Below are positions 1-7,533 of a stretch of 64,000 nucleotides of DNA, one piece after another; the stretch's first letter is position 1, and each line of letters begins with the position of its first letter. Made by a program: the position numbers and the translations under genes. Below the pieces are notes generated by a model that worked only from the letters and a program-made list of their open reading frames with translations, did not search any database and was not told the DNA's origin. The stretch is from Thermoanaerobaculia bacterium (lineage in GTDB: Bacteria > Acidobacteriota > Thermoanaerobaculia > Multivoradales > Multivoraceae): NCBI GenBank assembly GCA_963666565.1, contig OY762911.1, positions 3,808,001-3,872,000 of the forward strand, read 5' to 3'.

Positions 1-824
1 ATGACGAGGTCCGGCCGCGTCATGTCGTGGATGCAGTCGAAGGTCACGACCAGGTCGAAGTTCGGCTCCTGGGGGAGGTCCTCGCCGCGAGCGATCTTCC
101 AGTCGACGTTCGTGACGCCCGCTTCGCGGGTGCGCTCGTGCGCGATGTCGATCGCGTGGGCGGACGGGTCGTACCCGGTGAAACGCGACTCCGGGAAGGC
201 GCGGGCCAGGGACAGGAGCGCCACGCCGCCGCCGCAACCGACGTCGATGACGTCGATCCCGGCCCGCAGCCGGTCCTCGACGCCGTCGAGCGCGGGAACG
301 ATCCGCGGTACCAGCGCCTGCCGGGTCCAGGGACCGAGCATCCGCTCGGTGCGATGCGCGGCGCAGGGCCCGAGTTGCTGGTAGGACAGGCCGACCCCGG
401 TCCTGAACGCCTCCGCCGTACCGTCGATGACGTCGTGGTCGGGCGGATAGCCGAACGCGCCGGCGGCGAAGGCCACGGAGTTCTCCTCGTCGGCGAGCAC
501 CGCCGCGGCCACGCCGTCGAGTTCGAAGCGCGGCTCGCCGCCGTTCTCGGCCGCGTGGTACTCGAGCAGTCCGGCGGCCGCCTGGCCGTGCAGCCACTCG
601 CGCAGCCAGCGCTCCTTGAGCCCGCTGGCCTCGGCCAGCTCCGCGGGGCTGACCGGACCCAGACCCTGCAGGGTGCGGTAGATGCCCAGCCGGTCGCCGA
701 GGTGGATCATCAGGGAGACGAGCTCGCCCTGCTTGAACTTCCACACCTTCAGGGCGAAGGCCCCGACCTGTTCCGGGTCGAGCCGGCCGTAGAGCGCCTG
801 CGTGCCGCTGTCGTCGTCTGTCAT
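1..824 (-). CDS. Class I SAM-dependent methyltransferase with N-terminal wHTH (Rv2258c-like), 3'-truncated by the window edge
   Basis: Not in the ORF track. Manual minus-strand translation gives MTDDDSG...LMIHLGDRLGIYRTL...LAEASGLKERWLREWL...FDLVVTFDCIHDM. AGGAGGAG RBS at 831-838. Confidence 0.85.
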   Translation of the reverse strand, partial: MTDDDSGTQALYGRLDPEQVGAFALKVWKFKQGELVSLMIHLGDRLGIYRTLQGLGPVSPAELAEASGLKERWLREWLHGQAAAGLLEYHAAENGGEPRFELDGVAAAVLADEENSVAFAAGAFGYPPDHDVIDGTAEAFRTGVGLSYQQLGPCAAHRTERMLGPWTRQALVPRIVPALDGVEDRLRAGIDVIDVGCGGGVALLSLARAFPESRFTGYDPSAHAIDIAHERTREAGVTNVDWKIARGEDLPQEPNFDLVVTFDCIHDMTRPDLV

Positions 825-957
825 CTCGGGCTCCTCCTCTCTGGGTGCGCGGGCCTTCTCATGCACACGAAACGGGCCGCACGGTATCATCGCCGCCCGC
901 ACGAACAGCCTCGTCCAGGGAGTCCGCGCGACGCCTGAACGTCCCAGGAGATTGCCC

Positions 958-2691
958 ATGCCAGCCACCCGCCTTGCCGCCCTCGCCCTGCTGCTTCTGC
1001 CTGTTCCGCTCGCGGCCCAGGAGGAAGGCGTGGCGGCCCCGCCCCAGAACCACTGGCTGGCCGCCACGGCGGTCGGCGACGGCGCGGGGCCGGTCGACCA
1101 GTCGCTGCTCGAGGCCGCTCCCACCCGCGAGTCCTGGCTCCACTACGGCGGCAACTACGCGAGCTGGAGGCACTCGCCGATCACGGAACTGACGCCCGAG
1201 AGCGTCTCCGACCTCCGCGTCGCCTGGGTCGCCCAGACCGGCGTGCCGAGCCAGCTCGAATCCTCGCCCGTGGTGTACGACGGCGTGCTCTACCTCACGT
1301 CCTCGATGAACCGTCTGCTCGCCTACGACGCCGGCGACGGCACGTTGCTCTGGCGCTACGACCACGAGAACCCGTCCGATCTGCGGATCTGCTGCGGGCC
1401 GGTGAACCGGGGCGTCGGCATCTCCGGCGACCTCGTCGTCATGGGCACCCTGGACGCCCGGTTGCTCGCCTTCGACCGCAAGACGGGCGAGCTGGCATGG
1501 GAGACCGAGGTCGTTCCCTACGCGAAGGGCTTCTCGATCACGTCGGCGCCGCTCATCGCGGAGGGCGTGGTCGTCATAGGCATCGGCGGCGGCGAGTACG
1601 GCGTACGCGGCTTCTTCGACGGCTACGAGTTGGAGACCGGCGAACTCCTCTGGCGCCACTACACGGTGCCGGACACGGGCGAACCCGGCGTCGACACCTG
1701 GCTGGGCGAGTCGTACAAGACGGGCGGCGCCGCCACCTGGGCGACCGGCAGCTACGACCCGGCGACGAAGACCCTGTTCTGGACCACCGGCAACCCCTCG
1801 CCCGACTGGAACGGCGACACCCGTCTAGGCGACAACCTCTACAGCGACAGCGTGCTGGCGGTCGACATCATGACCGGCGAACGCAAGTGGCACTTCCAGT
1901 TCACGCCCCACGACGTCTGGGACTACGACGGCAACTCCGAGGTTTGGCTCGTCGACGTGCAGGTCAACGAGCAGACGATTCCCGCCCTGGTCCAGGCGAA
2001 CCGGAACGGCTACTTCTACGTGCTCGACCGTCGCGACGGCGGCTTCCTGCACGCCAGCCAGTACGTCCACCAGTTGAACTGGGCGACGCTGGACGAGAAC
2101 GGCCGCCCCGTCGTCGACGAGGCGATGAAGCCGGCGGACGAGCCGACCCAGCGCGTCTGCCCCGGCCTCGCCGGCGGCAACAACGCCGCCTACGCCGGCG
2201 CCTACAGCCCGGACACCGGCTTCGCCTACGTGCCGACGATCGAGAGCTGCATGATGTTCCGGAAGGGCCTCGTCACCTTCATCGAGGGCATCCCCTTCTT
2301 CGGCGGCGAGCCGATTCCGACCGACACCGCCGAGGGCAAGTCGTACGGGCACCTGTCGGCGATCGACGTCAGCACGGGCGAAACGAAGTGGAGCTATCGG
2401 GATCCGGTGCCGATGCTCGCCGGCGTGCTGAGCACCGCCGGCGGCCTCGTCGTCACCGGCAACGCCTCCGGCCACCTCCTCGGCTTCGACGCCGAGACCG
2501 GCGAGGAAGTGTGGCGCTACCAGACCGGTTCGGGCATTCGCAGCCATCCGATCGCCTACCAGTACGAGGGCAGGACCTACCTCGCCGTCGGCTCCGGCGG
2601 CGGCGGCATCGTCCAGACCACGGTCGGCACCGCGCCCTCGCTGCCGGAGGGCAGCATGCTGCTCGTCTTCGAGTTGGCGGCCGGTGGCTAG
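958..2691 (+). CDS. PQQ-dependent alcohol dehydrogenase (methanol/ethanol family), lanthanide-type active-site motif
   Basis: Signal peptide; vicinal CC (RICCGPVNRG); GGEYGVRG; TGNPSP; HDVWDYDG; Trp-docking repeats; AGGAG RBS just upstream of the ATG. Confidence 0.93.
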   Translation: MPATRLAALALLLLPVPLAAQEEGVAAPPQNHWLAATAVGDGAGPVDQSLLEAAPTRESWLHYGGNYASWRHSPITELTPESVSDLRVAWVAQTGVPSQLESSPVVYDGVLYLTSSMNRLLAYDAGDGTLLWRYDHENPSDLRICCGPVNRGVGISGDLVVMGTLDARLLAFDRKTGELAWETEVVPYAKGFSITSAPLIAEGVVVIGIGGGEYGVRGFFDGYELETGELLWRHYTVPDTGEPGVDTWLGESYKTGGAATWATGSYDPATKTLFWTTGNPSPDWNGDTRLGDNLYSDSVLAVDIMTGERKWHFQFTPHDVWDYDGNSEVWLVDVQVNEQTIPALVQANRNGYFYVLDRRDGGFLHASQYVHQLNWATLDENGRPVVDEAMKPADEPTQRVCPGLAGGNNAAYAGAYSPDTGFAYVPTIESCMMFRKGLVTFIEGIPFFGGEPIPTDTAEGKSYGHLSAIDVSTGETKWSYRDPVPMLAGVLSTAGGLVVTGNASGHLLGFDAETGEEVWRYQTGSGIRSHPIAYQYEGRTYLAVGSGGGGIVQTTVGTAPSLPEGSMLLVFELAAGG

Positions 2692-3568
2692 CGCCCCGAA
2701 ACCCGTCGCAGACTCCGTGTTTCGGCCCATCCCGTCCGGGGACGAACCCCGGACACTCAGCCGGACGGGCGCGGCCGGCCTGCTCGCACTGTGCCTGGCG
2801 GTCGCGCCCCTGCAGGCCGAGGACCTGCGCGTGTGCCTGCTGGACGACGACCTGCCGCGAGCCCACCGCGCCGAGGCCTCCGGCTTCGATCACGACCTGT
2901 TCCGGGAAGCCGCCGAGCGCCTCGGTCGCAGATTCGTTCCCGTCTGGCGCCCGAAGGCACCGCCCTACTCGGAGATCGACGACACGGATCTCCCGTTCGA
3001 GGCGCTGATGGAACGCGAATGCGACGTCGCGGCCTCCGTGCCGGGCCCGCTCGCGCTCGGGCGGCTCGCCGGAGCGGTCGATCTCAGCCCGCCCTACTAC
3101 GCGGCCGCCTTCGAGCTCTACATGCCGGGCGAGGAGGAACTCGACTGGGAGGGTCTGCCGGAAGCGGTCGCGGGCCGCAAGGTGGCGGTGCGACTGCAGT
3201 CTCTCGGCCACTTCGCCGCCCAGGCAGCGGGCCTGGACTGGACCTCGCAGCCAAGCGCCGCCGAGGTCGTGGCCGCCGTGGACGACGGCCGTGCCGCCGC
3301 GGCCCTGATCTTCGGGCCGGCCCTCGCCAGCCTCGGCAAGGCGCCGGTGAGCGCCTTCGAGCCGCCTCCAGGGCTCCGTTTCAACGAACACGCCGCCGTG
3401 CGCGCCGGCGACGCGCTCGGCGACGAAGTCGCGCCGGTACTGGAGGAGTTGCGCCGCGACGGCACTCTCGCGCGTCTGGCAACGCGCTACGGCATCTTCC
3501 GCATCGAGCCCTTTCCAACCGTGTCCTCGCCGGAAGCGATCCGCGCTCTCGGTATCGGCGGTCCCTAG
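2684..3568 (+). CDS. Periplasmic substrate-binding protein (SBP family 3), MxaJ/XoxJ-like; start uncertain (GTG 2684 or 2717)
   Basis: Signal peptide then EDLRVC..., SGFDHDLF..AAERLG, ECDV, SPPYY. Lies directly after the PQQ dehydrogenase. Confidence 0.8.
   Translation: MASAPKPVADSVFRPIPSGDEPRTLSRTGAAGLLALCLAVAPLQAEDLRVCLLDDDLPRAHRAEASGFDHDLFREAAERLGRRFVPVWRPKAPPYSEIDDTDLPFEALMERECDVAASVPGPLALGRLAGAVDLSPPYYAAAFELYMPGEEELDWEGLPEAVAGRKVAVRLQSLGHFAAQAAGLDWTSQPSAAEVVAAVDDGRAAAALIFGPALASLGKAPVSAFEPPPGLRFNEHAAVRAGDALGDEVAPVLEELRRDGTLARLATRYGIFRIEPFPTVSSPEAIRALGIGGP
2688..2728. repeat. CTAG-preceded REP-like hairpin, family A, copy 1
   Basis: CTAGCGCC-CCGAAACCCG-TCGCAGACTC-CGTGTTTCGG; near-identical to 3565-3605 and similar to 28602-28640. 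Confidence 0.75.
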
Positions 3569-3605
3569 CGCCGCCAAACCTGTCGCAGACTCCGTGTTTG
3601 GCCCC
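3565..3605. repeat. REP-like hairpin, family A, copy 2
   Basis: CTAGCGCC-GCCAAACCTG-TCGCAGACTC-CGTGTTTGGC; the stem differs from copy 1 by a compensatory change. Confidence 0.75.
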
Positions 3606-3632
3606 GGCCTCTACCTCACCAGGAGCAACGTC

Positions 3633-4196
3633 TTGCCCATCACCACCCAGCCGCGCGCCGTGCCGACTTCCTCCTCTTCGCTCATCGCACTGGTCCTGCC
3701 GGCGCTCCTGGCGGCCTGCGCCACGGGCGGCGGGCCGGCGCCCGAGCGGCCCGGCGGGCCAGCCGCCGAACAAGCCGCAACAGCGGCGTCGCCAGCGGCA
3801 CCCGAGCCCGCGGCAGCGCCCGCGACACACGAACCCGCGGCGGCGGCGGCGCCCGCGGCGCCCGAACCCGCGGCAGCCGACGCCGCGGAACCGGACGCGG
3901 CTTCCTCGCCAGTCGCCACCTACCTGGACGACCCCGCCGCGATCACCGCCGGGCGGCGCATGTTCCGGGCCGTCTGCACCGGCTATTGCCACTCGACCAC
4001 GCCGGGCGTGACGAAGGACGCGCCGAACCTCTTCGACTGCGACTGGGACCACGGCGACGAGGACGCCGACCTCTACCGCGTGATCGTCGACGGCGTGCCG
4101 GACACGGAGATGCTCCCCTTCGACGGGAAGATCCCCGAGGACACGATCTGGAAGGTGATCGCCTACGTGCGCTCGAACAGCCAGGACTGCGGCTGA
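3633..4196 (+). CDS. Lipoprotein mono-heme cytochrome c (XoxG/cytochrome cL-like position)
   Basis: AGGAG RBS then TTG; lipobox LAAC; Ala/Pro-rich linker; CTGYCH heme site; APNLFD..W.HG; likely axial Met in EMLPF. Confidence 0.8.
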   Translation: MPITTQPRAVPTSSSSLIALVLPALLAACATGGGPAPERPGGPAAEQAATAASPAAPEPAAAPATHEPAAAAAPAAPEPAAADAAEPDAASSPVATYLDDPAAITAGRRMFRAVCTGYCHSTTPGVTKDAPNLFDCDWDHGDEDADLYRVIVDGVPDTEMLPFDGKIPEDTIWKVIAYVRSNSQDCG

Positions 4197-4400
4197 TCCA
4201 CGAGGCGGTTGCTCCCCAATCCGGTGCTTGGCCGCTCGGCGCCGGAAGTTGTTCGCTTCGGGCGAAACAGAAGGAACCGTACACTTTCGCCGGAACCGGA
4301 CCGGCGCCGGCTGGCCAGCCGGCGGATATAGTCCCGTGCGCTTCCCCCACAGACCCTGCGGCGCGGAACGAACGCGCCGAAACAGCCCACGGAGAGTCCC

Positions 4401-5165
4401 GTGCTCGAGATCCAGACGATTCCCGTCCTGAGCGACAACTACTCCTACGTGCTCCACGACACGGGGAGCGGCAAGACGGCGGTCGTCGACCCGCCGGAGA
4501 CGGGGCCGATCGAGGAGGCGCTCGCCGCCGGCGGCTACGGCATCGACTGGATCGTCATCACCCACCACCACATGGATCACATCGCCGCGGTGCCGGAGCT
4601 CAAGGCGAAGTACGGCTGCCAGGTCGTCGGGCCGGCCGCCGACGAGCACCGGATTCCGGGGCTCGACCTGACCGTGCGCGAAGGGGACACGTTCCGATTC
4701 GGCGACGCCGAAGCGCAGGTCATCGACACGCCAGGCCACACCACCGGCCACATCACGTACTGGTTCGAGGACGACCGGGCCCTCTTCTGCGCGGACGCGC
4801 TGTTCGCCCTGGGCTGCGGCCGGGTGTTCGAGGGCACGATGGAGCAGATGTGGGAGTCGCTGGCCAAGCTGCGAGCGCTGCCGGACGACGCGATCGTGCA
4901 CTGCGGCCACGAGTACACCCTCTCCAACGCGCACTTCGCAGTCACCGTCGATCCCGACAACGAGGAGCTGATGGACCGGGTCGCCGAGATCGAGAAGCTG
5001 CGGCGGAACGGAAAGCCCACGGTGCCCTCGAACCTGGGCGTCGAGAAGCGGACCAACCCCTTCCTGCGGCCCGACGACGCGAGAATCCGCGCGCAACTCG
5101 GGATGGCCGGCGCCACGGACGCCGAGGTCTTCGGCGAGATCCGCACCCGCAAGGACAACTCCTGA
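4401..5165 (+). CDS. gloB: Hydroxyacylglutathione hydrolase (glyoxalase II)
   Basis: DNYSY, THHHMDH, TPGHT.GH, GCGRVFEG, CGHEYT, EKRTNPFLR, C-terminal KDN. Confidence 0.95.
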   Translation: MLEIQTIPVLSDNYSYVLHDTGSGKTAVVDPPETGPIEEALAAGGYGIDWIVITHHHMDHIAAVPELKAKYGCQVVGPAADEHRIPGLDLTVREGDTFRFGDAEAQVIDTPGHTTGHITYWFEDDRALFCADALFALGCGRVFEGTMEQMWESLAKLRALPDDAIVHCGHEYTLSNAHFAVTVDPDNEELMDRVAEIEKLRRNGKPTVPSNLGVEKRTNPFLRPDDARIRAQLGMAGATDAEVFGEIRTRKDNS

Positions 5166-5229
5166 CACCCGCCACCGCTGGATGGCCCATGGAACACCTC
5201 CCGTCTTCGTGAATGTAGGGGTCACACGC

Positions 5230-6228
5230 ATGAACGAACAGGAAGCCGCCTGGCTGGCCCGCACCCGGGAAGAGCCGATCGACCCGGATCAGGAGATCTG
5301 CGACCCCCACCACCATCTCTGGGACTACCCGGAATCGCGGTACATGCTGGCGGAACTCCACGGCGACACCGGGGCTGGCCACAACGTGACCTCGACCGTC
5401 TTCGTCGAATGCGCTTCCGGCTACCGGGAGGAAGGCCCCGAAGAGATGCGGGTCGTCGGCGAGACCGAGTTCGTGCTGGAAGTCGCCGAACGTAGCGACG
5501 CTGCGGGTGCTTCGATCGCCGGCATCGTCAGCCACGCGAACATGCTCCTGGGCGATGGCGCCAAGGCGGTTCTCGAAGCCCACATCGAGGCCGGCGGCGG
5601 CCGCTTCCGCGGCATCCGCCATTCCGCCGCGTACGACCCCAGCCCGGACATCCGGGTGTCCCACTCCAAACCGCCGCCGAGCATGCTGCTGAGGGACGAC
5701 TTCCGGCGCGGGTTCGCCTGCCTCGGGCCGCTGGACCTCTCCTTCGACGCCTGGCTCTACCACCCCCAGATCGATGAACTGACCGATCTCGCCCACGCCT
5801 TCCCGGATACCCGGATCGTCCTCGACCACGTCGGCGGGCCGCTCGGTATTGGGCCCTACCAGGGCCGGCGGCGCGAGGTCGAGGCGGCCTGGCGCAAGTC
5901 GATCACCGACCTGGCGCGCTGCGAGAACGTCGTCGTCAAGCTCGGCGGCCTGCCGATGAAGATCTGCGGCTTCGGCTGGCACAAGCAGGACGCGCCGCCG
6001 TCCTCGGCCGAGACCGCGGAGGCCCACCGGCCCTACTACCTCCACTGCATCGACCGCTTCGGCGTCGACCGTTGCATGTTCGAGTCGAACTTCCCGGTCG
6101 ACCGCGCGGGAGGCGCCTACACGCTCCTCTGGAACTCCTTCCAGCGCATCGTGGCGGACTTCTCCGACGACGAGAAGGCAGCGCTGTTCCGGAACACGGC
6201 GCGCAGCGTCTACCGGCTCGACCCCTGA
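5230..6228 (+). CDS. Amidohydrolase family 2 protein (LigI/lactonase-like)
   Basis: DPHHHLW, FRGIRH, VLDHVGGP, VKLGG, RCMFESNFPVD, TARSVYRL. Confidence 0.9.
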   Translation: MNEQEAAWLARTREEPIDPDQEICDPHHHLWDYPESRYMLAELHGDTGAGHNVTSTVFVECASGYREEGPEEMRVVGETEFVLEVAERSDAAGASIAGIVSHANMLLGDGAKAVLEAHIEAGGGRFRGIRHSAAYDPSPDIRVSHSKPPPSMLLRDDFRRGFACLGPLDLSFDAWLYHPQIDELTDLAHAFPDTRIVLDHVGGPLGIGPYQGRRREVEAAWRKSITDLARCENVVVKLGGLPMKICGFGWHKQDAPPSSAETAEAHRPYYLHCIDRFGVDRCMFESNFPVDRAGGAYTLLWNSFQRIVADFSDDEKAALFRNTARSVYRLDP

Positions 6229-6401
6229 ATCCGGCGGGACGGCCGCACGGGAACGCGATGCGCCACTCCCGGCCTGCGAAGCCGCGCGGCGCCACCTCGC
6301 GCCACCCGCGAACCACCCGGGGCGCCCGCCATCGGGCTTGCGGATGGCACGCGCGCACCCCGGCCGGGTCCGCCGCAACGGGCCGCGCAAGCTGAGGCAG
6401 G

Positions 6402-7451
6402 ATGTCGCGACTCGGCAAGACGCTCGACGAGGTGCGCGGCCTGCTGGCCGATGCGGGCGTCGGTTCCGAGCTGCACGGCGACGGCAGCTTCCTGTGCCGC
6501 TCGGTCGCCTCGCTTGAACGCGCCCGGCCGAACCAGTTGTCCTTCGCCAAGGACGAACGGACCTTGAAGGCGACGAACACCCGCGCTGGCGCGCTCGTCG
6601 TGCCGGCGGCGACGACCCGGCTGCCGGCCCATCAGCTCGCCGTCGAGGATCCGTTCGCCGCGTTCACCGTCATCCTTGGCCACATCGACCGGGAAAGCCG
6701 GCGGGAGAACGCGGGCGTTCATCCGTCGGCCGTCGTGGCGATCAGCGCCTCCATCGGGGCCGGCGTGTCCATCGGCGCCGGCGTCACGGTGCGCGACCGG
6801 GCCGAGGTCGGCGACCGCACCATTCTCCACGCGAACGCCTGCGTCGGCCGGCGCAGCCGCATCGGCGCCGACTGCGTCCTCTTCCCGAACGTCGTCGTCA
6901 TGGAGGACGTGACGCTCGGCGACCGGGTCGTCGTCCACGGCGGCACGGTGATCGGCTGCGACGGCTACGGCTACCTGCAGCGGGAGGGCCGCCACGTCAA
7001 GATTCCCCAGGTCGGCACCGTCGAGATCGGAGACGACGTCGAGATCGGCGCCCAGGTCACGATCGACCGGGCGGCGCTCGACGCGACGGTGATCGGCCGC
7101 GGCGCCAAGCTCGGCGATCTGGTCCACATCGCCCACAACACGATCGTCGGCGAGCACTGCCTGATCCTGCCCCTGGCCAAGACGGCGGGGGGCGCCCGGC
7201 TCGGCGACGGCGTCGTCCTGGCCGGGGGCGCCGGCGCCGCGGACGGTGTGACGGTCGGCGACGGCGCGATGCTCGGCGGCAACACGATCAGCTACCGCGA
7301 CGTGCCCGCCGGCGCCGTCCTGTACGGCGATCCGGCCCGCCCCAAGTCGCACCAGTTGCGCATCCAGGCGGTGCTGAACCGCCTTCCACAGATGGAGCGC
7401 GACCTGCGCGGCCTGCTGCGGCGCAAGGAACGCGGGAGCGAAACGGAGTGA
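6402..7451 (+). CDS. lpxD: UDP-3-O-(3-hydroxyacyl)glucosamine N-acyltransferase
   Basis: Hexapeptide repeats; IGCDGYGY, KIPQVG.V.IGDDVEIGA..TIDR, VHIAHN, GDPARP. Confidence 0.93.
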   Translation: MSRLGKTLDEVRGLLADAGVGSELHGDGSFLCRSVASLERARPNQLSFAKDERTLKATNTRAGALVVPAATTRLPAHQLAVEDPFAAFTVILGHIDRESRRENAGVHPSAVVAISASIGAGVSIGAGVTVRDRAEVGDRTILHANACVGRRSRIGADCVLFPNVVVMEDVTLGDRVVVHGGTVIGCDGYGYLQREGRHVKIPQVGTVEIGDDVEIGAQVTIDRAALDATVIGRGAKLGDLVHIAHNTIVGEHCLILPLAKTAGGARLGDGVVLAGGAGAADGVTVGDGAMLGGNTISYRDVPAGAVLYGDPARPKSHQLRIQAVLNRLPQMERDLRGLLRRKERGSETE

Positions 7452-7533
7452 AGAGGACGAGGTGAGCCGGCGCCTGGCGTGCCGGTCCCGGAGCGGGAGG
7501 CATAAGCTAGGACGCCCTGCCCGGAGCCCCACC

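Noticed and set aside
4401-5165. gloB as a functional member of the PQQ cluster
   Set aside because: It is separated by about 200 bp and is a common housekeeping gene; linkage cannot be supported from this sequence.
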